The notes beneath the pieces were generated by a model, which was given only the letters and a program-made list of their open reading frames with translations, did no database searches and was not told where the DNA came from. DNA of 64,000 nt from Dimorphilus gyrociliatus. Taxonomy: Eukaryota; Animalia; Annelida. The position numbers were made by a program, and so were the translations under genes. The DNA is taken from positions 62,001 to 126,000 of the forward strand of contig CAJFCJ010000031.1 in assembly GCA_904063045.1 (NCBI GenBank), in the 5' to 3' direction. Of the stretch, positions 13,801 to 28,346 are shown piece after piece (the stretch's first letter is position 1; every line of letters starts with the position of its first letter).

Positions 13801-16800
13801 GATAGTTATGAGACATTTGAATCAAGATTTACAGCTTTTGTGATAAATCTAATAATCATGACTCTTTCTTACGCTTCTGATAAAATAGAATTACCAAAGA
13901 CTAAATCCTACTTTGAAAAATTTAAAACACTCTTTGACATTAAACTTCGTATATATAATTCGAATTCTTTTAGAATTTTACTGTTTTTCTCTGATATATT
14001 GCGTGGAAGCACTATAGATCATTACATGGCCAGTTCCGTTTATAGTTTAAAAAAAGATTTTTTTCAAAATCAAACTTTAAAAGTGTTGCAGAAAGTTCGT
14101 TGCAAGTAATCGATTTAATACAATATTTAATATCTTTTTTTAATAGATGTATAGCGATGAAATCATACAATTCTACTATGCAAATGATTTACAAACTTGT
14201 CACGAGCATATTGAAGTGATTTTGAATGAAAAAGCTATATCCGCTCTTGTTGAATCTATGAAAGTAAAAATCTGAGAAAACAAATACATCTTATAAAAGG
14301 AATTTGAAAATTTTTGCAGGGAACTAGAGTTAATTCGTTTGATCACAAAAATGAAAGGTACATTAATCTTCTTGCCGAGACCCTCGCTAGAGCAACAAAG
14401 GACAAAAGAGATCGAAGGGTATTTCTATTCGAATGGCTTTGCTTCCCCAACTTTTTCCAACAATATTTTAAAGGTTTACTAAAACAAATACTGAATTTTG
14501 TATAAATTAACCGATTATTGACACATGACAGTAATAAATAGAGCAACAGATGCATCACTCAAATATATTAGAATTATGAATCCACTTATCTCTGAAACTT
14601 TGCAAGTTATTGAACATATCTACAATGGATCCATAGAACTTTCACTTTACAAAAAAGTTAATCAAACTGAATACATAAAGTTAATACACAAGTTAGGAGA
14701 AATAAATGAATTTAGAGAACACAAGAATATACTGAAGCATTTACCTGAAATTATTAAGGCAAGGAATGAGGAAGTGAAAGTTTTCTTGGAAACATTTATG
14801 CAGTTGAAGAAGTTTGAATCATTTTTATCAAAGTTTAACAAAAGTTAGTTTGTAGTTTTACGTCAATTTTTAATGTTTGTAATATAAAATTATATTTTAA
14901 GGAGCGTTATGGGACTCTTCTACAACAGGGCTGAAAATAAATGAATTCTGTTTTCCGAGAAGTAACGAAACTCTAAATAATCCAGTCATGCTCACATCTC
15001 TGAATTATGATGAAGAAATTATGAAAGCAATTCAGAATTGTGAATCCTATAAAGATAGTCTAAAATTTGAAAATATTCTGCTTCAAAGTTTTGCTAGAGA
15101 GAGATGTGATACAATTTCATTTCAAGATGCTATCAATTCTCATATTGAAAATGGCTACAATGAATACTTAAAGTGGTCAGAAGATTTTGTTAATGGGAAA
15201 TTGTCACTAAAAGAAGTAGACAGAATTTTGATGCTAGCGTTGTACAAACCGAACTGTATAAAGAAAGAAATGGAACTTTCATTGAGAGCCATTAATATGA
15301 AGTTTAACGAAAGTGATATATCTGAAAGAGTAGAAAAAATTACGCTTTATCAATCTGCTTTAAGGAGTCAAAAGATAGCTGGAGCTCTACTAAAAATTAA
15401 AGAAGAATATAACCTGACTGGAGATTTTAGTACAATGCTTACATTATCAACTTTAGTAAGTAATACTTTACATTTCACATGATATGTACAATGCGATGTT
15501 TATCAATGCAATAGGTAAATAACAAAGATACCAAATTAGACGAATTGACCGATGAAGTGCTTAAACAAGGCGGACGTTTAGCTGATGTAACTGATGATCA
15601 GATAAAAGTTCTTGACTCATTCCGTTCTTCGAAGACGTTTATATTTTGGTTGAAAAAACACATTCAATCCGCAACAGAAGTCAATACACTTCTCGACTTA
15701 ATAATGACTAGTGAATACGAAATGCAAGATGTTTGCAAAATATCATGCTTGCAATCAGTAACAAGAGCATACTCTTCACTCATCTATGATTTCGATGATT
15801 CGGACGGAAGTTCAGAATTGTTGGAAAAATTGGAGAAAACGTGGTCCTATTTGAAGGATGATAGAGACTTACCAAAGAAATTAATGGATTTAACTAAACA
15901 GCTGGATTGGTTAGAAGCAATAAAAAAGTCGTATGGTTCGGCCGAAATACAAGCTTATGACACTGTAAAAGACATCAACGACTTTGGAATATTTACTGTA
16001 AAAACAGAAATAAGTGTAAAAATTGTTAAGGAAGACAGCACAAAGGAGTTAAATTATGATAAGTTGAAAGAGCTTTTAAGTAAATTGACTCTTAGAACTG
16101 GCATTCGAGATGACGAAAAAAATAAAACTTCCAGTCATTTCATTAAAATGTATGACGGTTTAACAAGATTATTGGAAGATCTCAATAACTTACGGAAAAT
16201 TGGAAGTTTGCTGTTTTCTAAGTGTTCTTTTGAATTTAGAGAAAATCCAAACAGTGAGTTTAATGTTGAGATTGATATTGGTTTATCAGATAGAATTTTG
16301 CTTGGGAAAAAAGAGACTAATCTAGAGGAGCATCTATCAAACGTTTGTGTTGCGTTAGAAAAGTATATTGATGAATGGTCTGAGTATGTAAGAAAAAACC
16401 GTGATAAGTACTCAGGACTGAACTATTTTTCTAGTCAACAAATTTTAATCCTTCGAGAAACAATTTCACACTTTCTAAACAATAACGAAATTTCAGATGA
16501 GTTAATCTATCTTTGCAGTATAGTCAATCCTATATGCACAAAAACTGATGTCGAACAAGCTATTCTTTCGGCTTCAGAAGAAATAAAAAATGAAAGCAGT
16601 AAAATTGATTCTCAGGATGCTTGTGACGGAGGTTCTTTGTCATCTACAGAAACTGATGAAAAAAATACATATGAGAGATTAATAGAACACGGTTTTCCAA
16701 ATCAACTAGTTAGAGAAGCCTGTGAAGATAATAGAGATTATGACGAGGCTTACATCTACTGCTTGGAGAATGAAGATTCATACAAGGAAGGGGAACAAGA

Positions 16801-19800
16801 AAAAGAAAATAGTTGTTTGACTGATGCCAAGACGTTGAAGGATAAATTTTCCGAATTAAATATTAATTCGGAGGGAAAGAGTCAACTTGAAGAGTCAATT
16901 TGCGAAAAATTGAATGCTTTATGGAACAATTTCTTGAATTTTATTGAATATAATAAAGATTATATCAGCTTCGATCACTTAGGATTAATTTTAGAGCGCT
17001 TATACAAAAAACCATTAATCTGCTATGAATTTCCTTCAAATTTGATTGTTGGTCGACCGAATTTAATAGTTTGCGACGAAAAGAAAACCTGGTCGACAGT
17101 TTTACATCTTTTTTTGAAAGGACCAGAGTCACCTCTGCCTCTAATATCTCAAATTTTGATATGTAATGAACGCACAACTGCTGAAGACGTCGAACTCATA
17201 TACAGAAGGGCAGCATCGTCAACTGATCAACTTTTTGCTATTGTTAATTCTCACAATTTAGGCTTTGAAGCATCGGATAGAGCAGAAAAGATATTTGACG
17301 ATCTTCAGTCTCAAGAAAAAACAAGTAATATATGATTATATTATATAAATATAAATTGTACTTAATTTAAAATATATTTTGCAGGCAAAATGAAGTTAGT
17401 CGTATTATGTCCAGCTGAAAAGCAAGGACAATGCCGACTAGTTACTTCATTAGATCATTACAGAGTAGAATGGAAAAGTTTGAAAATTTTACCAGATGAC
17501 ATACTAAAAGAAAAGGTTTTAGAGCAGTTTTCTACCACTGATTGTGAATCAGCAGCAATTTTAGACTCTAAGAAATCAACAGTTCGATTTATTACCTCCA
17601 ATCAGGCTGGAAATGGTAAATCACTGTGGATAAACTGTCTGAGAGATCGATTGCAAAAATCTCTAGGAAATAGTAAAATGTTTACTTACAGATTTCATGG
17701 AATGGAAGCTAACATAAATGACTTGGTTAATTTTTTTCACACATCCAGTAATAATAGCTGTGAAGAAAAACAACCACTTATTTTTCATCTTGATGTTAGC
17801 AATCTCTCTCAAACGAAGTTGGATGATATTCTCTTCAGTTTAACTATACAAAGGGGACTAATTGATGAAAATGGGCGCGTGTGGAAGAGACAACCAGAGC
17901 ACTATTATTTAATTGAATGTCTCAAATGTGGAATTGAAAAGTTTAATTGTTTGGAGTTTTTGCCAAAAATTCAATGCCAATCACCTATCGAATCACTTCG
18001 TAAATACCAAGAAAACAATATAGATGAAGATGAACAGTTGATGAATGAAGACTGTGATGATTTCCTTGCATGGCGAAAAACATATCAATATCTATATAAT
18101 ATTCATAACAAAAGAAATTTTAACACAAATGTGGAAGATTTATCGCCCAAATCTTGTGTAGAAACTTTACTTCAATTTTCCGGCACATTAAATCCTTCCT
18201 GGGCAGAATTACGAAACTATGCAGTATTCTTAAATAAACAGTTATCACACGCGGAAAAAAATGATTTCTGTGCTACAGATGACTTACCGGACTTTTTTCA
18301 ATTAATAGTAAATTGTATGATAAAAATGGCAAGGGATTTTTCAACTCGTTCTTTACTTATTTCTGAGGAAACTCCTAATGTAACTCCTAATAAGGATTAC
18401 CAGATAGAATTGATGGCTATTAAGCATCGTTGGGAAACTCGTCCCCATCCCTATCTTTTCTTCAATTCCGATAATCATACTTTTACATTTTTCGGCTTTA
18501 ATGTTGAGAAAAAGACCGGAAATTTAGTTGATGTTACGACTGGAGAAGTTATTTTAAATAGAGCAATTAATAGACAGCTACACTGTGCCCTGATAATGAA
18601 TGGTGTAGATTTGTCTGAAACTTTCGATACATTGAGCAAGTAAGACATTTATTAAAATTAAAATTATTTATTTGTATTAAACATATGATTTTTACTTTAA
18701 AGAGAAAATAAACTAAAGAAGATGTTTCCAGTTTTTATTGAATCATCAGAATATAAAAATTATGATGCCAATCAACTTGACGATACATATGAACTGACCA
18801 TGGACAATTGTTTAAAAATACTTGCAATACATATGAAATTGAAATGTAAAATTCCTGTAATTATTATGGGAGAAACGGGCTGTGGTAAAACAAGATTAAT
18901 TGATTATTATTCAAGATTATTGAAACCTCCTGACAAAAAAAATGTAAAGAATAGAATTTTAATGAAAATTCATGGAGGTATTACGATAAAAGATATTGAA
19001 AATAAAGTTATAGAAGCCCAAGCACTGGCGCAAAAAAACTCTAATATTCACAACCTGGATACTCTGTTATTTTTCGATGAAGCCAATACTACAGAAGCTA
19101 TTTACGCTATCAAAGAAATACTCTGCGATGATTCTTTAAATGGAAAAGCTCTTAATTGTAATCAGTATAGATTAAGGATAATTGCTGCTTGCAATCCATA
19201 TAGAAAACATAAAGCAAATATTATCGAGATGCTTGAGAAAGCCGGCTTGGGCTATTATGCGAAGGAAAGCAAAGATAAACTAGGAGGAATTCCGATGAGA
19301 CAGCTTGTCTATCGTGTTCAAGCGTTGCCGCATAGCATGCTTCCGTTTGTATGGGATTTTGGAAACTTGTCGAGTGAGGCGGAGAAAATATACATAAAAC
19401 ATATAGTCAAAAGAACAGTTAACTGTTCGGAAGAACTATCTGAAGTAATAACCGATGTTCTTTCCTGTGCTCAAAATTTCATGAGAAAAGATGAAACCGA
19501 GTGTAGATTTGTCAGCCTTCGAGATGTTGAAAGAACAATGACTGTAATGAAATGGTTTGCTACTATTTCGGAGACACTACTCCCACTTATAAATAATAAG
19601 AAAGCACAGTTGCTTGCTAAAAGAGAAGGCAGAGTTATCGAAGAAAAAAATTTCGAAGATAGTAATTTTCTTGAAAGCAATATTAATGATAATTGTAGCG
19701 ACTCATCGGATAGCTACTGTTCCGAAGTTAATGACAATAGTCTAACGACTTTTAACAACGAGATACGAGCTTTGATTTTATCAATAGGAGTGTGCTATTA

Positions 19801-22800
19801 TTGTTCATTGAATCAGTCAAGAAATTCTTTTTTAAAAGAGATAGGCAATATGCTAGAACGTTATTTACCAGAAGATCAAGATTTACATGAAATATTGTAT
19901 GATGAAATACTTGCTTGTCAAGAGGTGTTTTTAGACGGTTTAGATTTAGGAACAAGCTCAAATCCAATTGCTCGTAACACTGCTCTTCGTGAAAATGTTT
20001 GGATGATAACTATTTGTATAGAATTACGCATTCCCTTATTTATTATTGGAAAACCGGGAAGCTCAAAATCACTTTCCAAAGCAAAGGTAGAAGAATCAAT
20101 GCAAGGAAAAAACTCTACTTCAGAATTTTTTCGTCACCTGAAACATATTCAAATGATGAGTTACCAATGTAGCCGTCTTTCAACTCCTGAGGGAATTGTT
20201 GAGACTTTCAAAAAATGTACTGAATTGCAGGAAGAAAAGAATATGTCAGAATTCGCTGCTGTTATTGTCTTGGATGAAATAGGTCTGGCAGAAGATTCAC
20301 CTCTTATGCCATTGAAAGCTCTTCACGCTCTTCTCGACGATGGCTCGATAGAAGATGAAATTTGTTTGAGTAAACCATCGTTTATTGGAATTTCCAACTG
20401 GGCATTAGACCCTGCTAAAATGAATAGAGGTGTAGTGATGAATTGCTGTGTTCCCGATCAGAATGAGTTAAAGAAGACTCTTAAAGAAATTTGTGGCAAT
20501 AACAGAGTTGTTCTGAATAATATTTCTTCATTTCTAGATGCCTTAACTGAAGGGTATGCAGAAGTTAATAGAGAAGCTGAAAGACTTTTTCGAGAGTTTT
20601 TTGGCCTACGAGACTTTTATCATCTAATTAAAATGGTATACTATTTTTGTAACTATTCCAGTAAACGTCCAACTTACAATGAGTTGGAACATGCAGTGAA
20701 AAGAAACCTAGGAGGTCTTATGGGATTTGATTCTTTCTATTATTTTGCAAATAAAATTGATAAGGAAAATTGTTCAATATCAGAAGGTAACGAAGATGAG
20801 AACTCTGCGGAAGAGATATTGAAGCGATCCCTCAAAGGCGAAGAACTTGGGGCGGAAAGTAGATATATTTTGCTTATTACAGAGAACTATGCAGCTCTTA
20901 ATTTGTTAAAAGATAGATTAGGCTTTGACTACAATATTATTTTCGGATCGTCATTTCGAAAAGATCAAGAGTATTCTCAACTTTGCTTGAATATACATCG
21001 TGTGAAAATTTGCATGGAATTAGGAAAGTCAGTCATTCTTTTGAACTTGGATTCTATCTATGAGAGTTTATACGACGCTCTGAATCAGTATTATTCTTAC
21101 TTTGGAGGACAAAGATTTGTAGATATCGGTTTGGGAAATAATCGAATAAAAGCGCAAGTTCATAAAAATTTTCGATTAATTGTCGTTGCGGAAGTAGAAG
21201 ATGTCAAACGTTTTCCAACTCCCCTCTTAAATCGATTAGAAAAACATTGTCTTACTGTTTATACTTTACTCCATAATGAACAAAAAATAATTGTTGAAAG
21301 TCTTGAAGAGTGGACTTCATTGTTTCTGAAGGCGACAAATTCAATCTCATCGCATGAAAAGTTAGAAAAGAAAGACATTTTTATCGGTTTTGGTAATGAC
21401 ACCATTCCGACACTCGTTTTAAAGTATGATAATAAGAGTAATAAGGAATGCTTAATAAAGATTAAGGAAGAGCTACTTAGAGTGGCCACTCTGGAATCAA
21501 TTATTAAGAATCAAACAATCTTAAAGGAAGAACAGCTATCAACTATTGAAGAGATTTACGTAGAACAAGATCATTTTTTGAGCGTTTTGAAAACTTATGA
21601 AAATGAAAAATTTATTCAAATAACCACACACTCTCGATTGCTCACTGGAGAGGAATTCTCTTCAATCAGACTAGAAAATGCGGAAATGCATATGTTACAC
21701 AATTTCGATACGGAATATGAATTTGATAACGTTCTTCAGAAAATGAGCAAATCGTCAAAAATTTTAATTTTACAAAGTGATACTACTGATGTACAACTCC
21801 TTGCATGCGCCCGCTTCAAAGTGGAAGAAGACAAGATTCAGTTACCTAAAATTATTTTTATAGTAAGAGTTACAAGAACTGGATCAAAATTTAATGGAAT
21901 TCATGGTGGGAAATGGACGTGTGTACATGTTGATGAGCTGAGAAGACCAAGGATATATTGCTCAATACAAGCGCTTAAAGGCAAATCGATACCACTACTA
22001 TTTGAGGCTTCTTTGGTTAAGACCAATAGCGACCTCGATTGTGACAGTATTGTCAATGCTTGTCTGATCGAAGCAGTTAGTCTTTTACGAGATAAAAAGG
22101 CAATTGATTTAAATAGAAGTTCTGATCGTCTAAAAATACTTCGAAAAGCTTTTCAAGACGAAAACGTTTTTTACGTATTCAAAAAAAAAATAATTGAACT
22201 TCTGAAAGACAGGGAAGAGGCTGTTGGGGGAGGTGAAGCATCACGGTGGTTGGAAAAGTATACTACTTCTCTTAAAGCAGTAACTGAAGCAGGGACCTTC
22301 CAGAAATCTTGGCAGATGTTTGTTAAAACGCGAGTGACAATTATTCTTGCATGTATAATCGCGATGGCTGATAAAAACTTCAATTTGAATGGATTGGAAG
22401 ACAATCATGAATTATGGTTAAGAATTTTTGACGACGAGAGAATTGGTCATTTATCGTTTATGACTCTAACAGACGGAATACCAACCCCTGTTGAAGTTGG
22501 CCTTGACCATCTCATTAAAACTAATTTGCCTACGAAATTATCTTTTAGTTGGATTCTATTTGAAAAAGTAGAAAGTTTTGTAGATCAAGTATTAGAACAT
22601 CAGTCTGATAAAGAAGCGATTAAAAATCAATTGTATAGAGAAGAGATTTTCTCACTTTTCAATGACTACGCCGAAGATTGGAGAAAGAGCTATCTATATG
22701 ACGCTCTACTAATGCTACACAATCCTCTTTCGAATGATCATAAAAGTGAACTTGAGGTATTTAATATATTTATTATTTAATCAAAATTTATAATTAATGT

Positions 22801-25800
22801 TGATCAAAACACAGATAATTTACAAGATCCAATGCGATCTAATGGATGAAGAAATAGATGTGTTAGATTATCACTTGCTGTACAACGATAGGAAGAAAAT
22901 ATTTGAGGTAGCTTTCACTCTGGCGAAAGTACAGGATGATCTCCTTATTCAACTTCTTAAAAAGCCAAGCGAATTCTTTTTCGACGAAACCAAAGAAATG
23001 GTGAGCTATTTATTTATATTTTTACTTAATCTACTTTTAGTAATAAACATTTTTTCATGATAGATAATCGATCTGAAAATAGTTGAAAAGGTACTAGCAA
23101 ATTTCGATCATTTAAGAAAAAGTCTTAGCGAACAAGAATCTCGAAAAAAATGGAAAGAATGCATTCAAATGATTCGGTCTCCAATGGAAAAAATCTTAGC
23201 ATCAAGAAAAGGACACAAAATCGCTGACAAATGTTTATCAAATTGGATGAAAGTAAGAATTATGGAATTATATCTTAATCACGTTGTTATGGAAGGAGAT
23301 AAAGAGTTTGCTTTGGAGGAGAAGAAATTACAGGGACTATGGATAGTTTGTATTTTTGTTATATCATAACATAATTAGATAATTTATTAATTTATAAATG
23401 AATTTCAGTATTTAAACAAAGTGAAATCTTGGAAAGACGTCGACTTGCTTGTTCAACTGAAAAGATTTCTACAAACAATGAGAGAATCACTTTACAAAAC
23501 TGTCTTTAAAGAGTGAGACATTTTCATTTACGAACTTCATTCAACTAATTAGCTGCCTTTTCATTCATAGGAAAGTACCTAGATGTAATGTAGAAGCTTG
23601 TCGGGAGATTATATCCGGTCAAGATTTAGTGTGCGGTCATAATCTATGCGAAAAATGCGAATCCGATTGTAAGACAAGTGCTAAACCAGTATGTCGCTTA
23701 TGCAAAGAGCCATTTTCTTTTTCAAATTCAACAAATATTGACTTTGAGACTGCAAGGGAAATTCTAAATACGTTCCACAATCGCTGCAATAACTTTTTCA
23801 TATTCATTATAAACTCCTATTGCTTTACTGGATCGGATGTTCCTGACGAAAAGTTGATTGATTTTATTCTTTCGTGCGTCACCTGCAAATCTCTAAATCA
23901 AACTTGTTATACAACAAATGATTACGTTTTCGACAATGTTATAGATCCAAATCCTGTTTTAAGATCTTTTGCATTGAAGCAGCTGCTGAAATATGCTGAA
24001 GGTACAGTTCTAAAGAAGCTTGACGAATTTTTTAAACAATTGAATAATGAAATAAAAGTTGATGTAACAGAAGATGTCAGTCGTATTGTTATTAATAATA
24101 TGGAAGATTCCTTTTATAATGATTATATACAAACTGACAAAATGAATCGAAAGAGACTTTTGATTGAAAATATCAGGAAATATAAGGAAATTATGCAAAC
24201 AGAACAAGTTGACCAGGATAATCAGACACAGTTGATGGTATCAATAGCTGTTATTCGACTTTGTCTGAAGAAAATCGTCGATATATTCATCGATAATACT
24301 AAGGAAATTGAAGATGAAAGAGTCATTCAAGTCGTCAGAGAGCTGTGTCATGGACCTAATGATTTTCCAAGAAAATTCTTCTTAAAATGTATTTATAATC
24401 AATATGGTATAAAAGAATTAATTCGAATATCCAAACTCGAGGATTTCAATTGGCTAATTCCTTTCGAAACATTTCCCAATAAAACAACTCCAGACGTATT
24501 CTCCTTATACAATAACGAAACTTATAGGGAAATTCGTAATTGTTTTGACTCTAAAACAATAAGCGAAGAGATTTTTATGGATCCTAACGGAAAACCATAC
24601 TTATTTATTCTAGCTCTCTACTCAGCTATGTCTGCAACTGAATTTCATAATTTACGTGATGTTTGTATATTCTTTTCTATATTCACACTAATCGAAAATT
24701 AGAAATTATATTGTAGAGTTAATCAATGATGTTTTTTTCTTCTTTATTTTACAGTACTTGCAGAAATTAAAGGATTTAAAATGCTCAATGGAAAATGAGG
24801 TATTAGCGAAACTCTTTACAACTCGAAAGACGAATTATTGTAATAACATTTTTTAATTGCAGGAATTATGGAATAGATTAATTGAAGAAGATTTTTTAAG
24901 AAATCTTCAATTTCCAAATAAAAATGACCTCTTTCACGATCCTATTGCAACCCTCATTTTTCACGCTGATGTGGTAATAAGATATAGTAAAAAAGCTATT
25001 CTCGAACCTCTTAAGAAAATAGTTAGCGAACCGAGATTAATGAACCAATGGTTTCTACCTACTATGCCAGACAACATACTGGGAAAGATGAAAAATGATC
25101 TTATGGGGCTTAACTACTCAGAAAACATTTCTATAAGTCTTTGTCCAAATGGTCACCCATACCTGATTGGAAACTGTGGAAAACCTGCTTCACAGGGAGA
25201 GTGTAATGTCTGTAAAGCTCAGATTGGGGGTCTATCTCATACTTATGTAAGTGGAAACAGATTGGCTACCAAAGAAGATTTCAAAACTCTACCCGGTCAT
25301 ATTTTGGGCGAAGCCAAATTTGCTAGTAATGAATTCCGTATATCTAAAACGCATACAAAAATTCTTAGAGCCGTTTTGCACATAATGATGCTTGTTGCTG
25401 CTAATGAAGATCCAGATGCTGTTTCGGAATGCCTTCGTAAAATACCTAATTCTATAGATCACTTTCAGTTTCTTATGAACCATTTAAAGAATGACATAAA
25501 AAACATTAAAAAGTCTCTAAAGATAAGCAAAGAAGCAGTCTGCATTTTATTGCATAGCATCTTTAAGTTGTTTATGACATCAAAATGTTCAACTGAAGTA
25601 TGCCTTTGGGAAAACCCTGAAAATCGCGAAAAATGGGAAAAAATATTTGCAACGAACTTCATAACTGAGGCTATTAATGATATAGACAAAGCACAAAGGA
25701 TAATTACAGAAGATGACCGTTTGTCATCAAATCCGCTATTATCCTCTCTAGTACAAACTGATGAAAAAGTTAAAGACATTATTTTACAACGATGTAGTGA

Positions 25801-27406
25801 AGTATGGATAAATAGAGATATTATAGATCTCGAATCTACTCTACAAGAGTTGAGAAAACAAGAAAAAACCAATGAAATAGATTTCATCCTATTAGCCTTA
25901 ACAAAAGTGAATGAGCTGGAAGCGATAAAATATCTTCCTGACATTATTCAACTTATCTACAGTATCGTTACAAACCTTCGAGGCAAATTTCTTAGATCAG
26001 ATTTGAAAACGATAACAATAACATCCTACTTGTCGTACACAGATGGTTAGTTATTTTATATTTCAAAATATTTCATATATTCACCACCTTTATAAATTAT
26101 TATTAAAACAATTGTTGTTTACAAACAGAAGACCAAGCTCTTGACATGTTTAAGTCATTTACAAATGCATGGAAAATCTGCAGAAACAGCCTATGCAAAA
26201 TTGGTAAACATATTTTTTATGTAAATTTAAAATTATTTAAATCAATTAATTTATTTAAAGAAATCAATGGAAAACACCTACCAGAAGAAATCTTATCAAT
26301 GGCTATAGATGAAAAGACTCCATTGGAATATCTCCTACCATCCACAAAAGGGAATGGGCTAGCTTCGTTTGCTCTTATTAATTACTTGGTTAATCTACAA
26401 AATAATCTGGTGACAAAAAATTCTGAACTTTCCAATTCTAAGTTGGAATATATGCAGATAGACGAAACATTGTCAATCGTTGATGTTATTAATATAGATC
26501 CGGAGAGAAATGTTGAAACATTAATTCTGTCAACTTACTCATATGAAATAGATTTACAGAGCAAACAGAGTTCAGTCAAGTACGACTTCTACTCTTTGAG
26601 ACGCCAAATATCTTCTTCATGGTTAGAAAATCTTCCCGTGTTGCAATTTGAACGGCCTCCAGAGATAGTTTGTAGAGACGATCTTAGAATGAAAAGTAAA
26701 CTGAAGGAGGTTGGAATTGATCAAATACCTTTATCGAAAGCGGTGGGAGATCAGATATCTGCGGAATGTATTCATATTGAGGAGGTGTGCGAAAGTTTAT
26801 CGATCCTAAATATTGCGGTTGGATATTTGGCAACAATTTCAAATGTTAATCCAAAGACAAAATTGATTGCATTTCTCGAAGACTTGCGCATAAGAAATGA
26901 GTCGTTATTAAAATCAGCTGAGAAGAATTGTAATATTGAACATGTTGAAGACTTTTGGCATATATTGTCAAGAGAACGGGATAAATTATTAATTGATCAT
27001 CAATTATTTATTACTCCTGATTCTTCTTTAATAGATGAAGAGCAACAAAAAGCTATTAGAAATTGTATTGGAAGCAATTTAAAAGTAGCTGAAGATATTG
27101 TCATTTACTTACATAGGACTATACATGAACACTACGATCACGATCGTATGTTACTGCCGTAAGTTTATAAACCCTTTACTTCTTTACATTTTCCATATAC
27201 AGTATATATATATATATTTGAATATATGAAATGACTATTGTGTTTATTACAGATTACGGGATGTTTATATTGAATATCTACAGGAAAAGGAATTACCTGT
27301 TGCCGAACAAATACTAACATGGCCAAAAGATATTCTATTAAAAAATGGAATTGAAGTTTGGAAAATAGTATATGAAATTGTAAGAAGTGAAAGCAGAAAC
27401 GATTAA
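10896..27406 (+). CDS. RNF213: Full-length RNF213/mysterin-like AAA+ ATPase / E3 ubiquitin ligase (~30 short introns, roughly 4,700 aa)
   Basis: Exon 1 MDGLDADG...PKE splices to DKVPEE (11215). N-arm motif TNVIFHCIVD (~11978). Degenerate P-loop SNQAGNGKS. Active AAA modules GETGCGKT/LLFFDEAN and GKPGSSKS/VIVLDEIG. C3HC4 RING at 23584-23703. RZ finger CPNGHPYLIGNCGKP...CNVCKAQIGGLSH at 25142-25240. Last exon LRDVYIEYLQEKE...WPKDILLKNGIEVWKIVYEIVRSESRND* ends at 27406 and resembles the RNF213 C-terminus. The splice junctions I checked keep frame. Confidence 0.93.
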
Positions 27407-28040
27407 GTGATACTCTGTTCCATATATAAATCATAATGTATAAGAAAATGTATAACAAACCTTTCCTTTCTAATTGCTTCACCTATACTTGCATACAATA
27501 ATCAATAAAACCGTAACACAAGTTTGATTTTAATTATTACAAGTCAAATTAAATATTATAGTGCCAAGAGTAATTCTAGTATACGCTGTCGAAAGTCTTA
27601 TCTACTCCTTGAAGGAAATTCCCTTGTATTGCTGTGAGAGTTTTTGATAGTCTCTTACAAAAAAAAAACAATGGCTGATCTTTTGTGGATGAAATCTTCA
27701 CACATTCTTTAAGTAGCTAGGGAACAAATATGATCTGTTTTGATTATTTGCCATAAATAAATGGCTTAATCTTAAAGAAGAGATCAAGTGGAATTTGGTT
27801 CAAATTCCCTTGGAAGATACCAGTTTTGTTTGAAGAATACCCTAATATATGACTTTTCTCTATTTTTACTTGAATTTTCCGGAAACTAATGGGGAAAAGG
27901 GTGGGAAAATCTTCATCTCGAGAGATAATTTCGTATTTTTTATATTGAAAAAAAGGCCTAATCTGAGAAATATCTCAGAATTTTGAAAACTACTTAACTT
28001 TTTTGTTTACAAAAAATATTTATTTTTTTTTAATAACGTG

Positions 28041-28092
28041 ATGACGTCATTATTACTACTCAACATATAAACCGAGAAAGCTCGCTGATTGG
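28041..28092 (+). promoter_or_regulatory. CRE palindrome plus inverted CCAAT box upstream of the orphan gene
   Basis: ATGACGTCAT (perfect 10-bp palindrome, 28041-28050) and CTGATTGGTC (ATTGG at 28088-28092), ~300 bp upstream of ATG 28347. A likely 5'UTR intron starts at GTAAGT near 28269 and ends at tttttAG near 28333. Confidence 0.5.
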
Positions 28093-28346
28093 TCAATTTT
28101 GAGTAAATTTCACCGTTAATGTCGAAAATTCGACAGTTTTTTAATCAAAGTTTGTGCTCAAAATTGCTTTAAAAAGGGAAGTAAATTGGTGGAAAAATCA
28201 CTCCATTTTCAGCTATCTAACTGATCGTCTTTCTGGTAAATTTTTCGATTACAACAATCTAATTTAAAGTAAGTTTTCATATTCTAAAGTTTTCTTATGT
28301 GATCAAACATGTTGATTTATATTCAAATTTTAGCCAAATCGTAACA

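Noticed and set aside
25289-25944. Antisense ORFs inside RNF213 (also 16965, 19471, 21259, 22171, 38064)
   Set aside because: Typical reverse-frame shadows of long coding exons, with no motifs.
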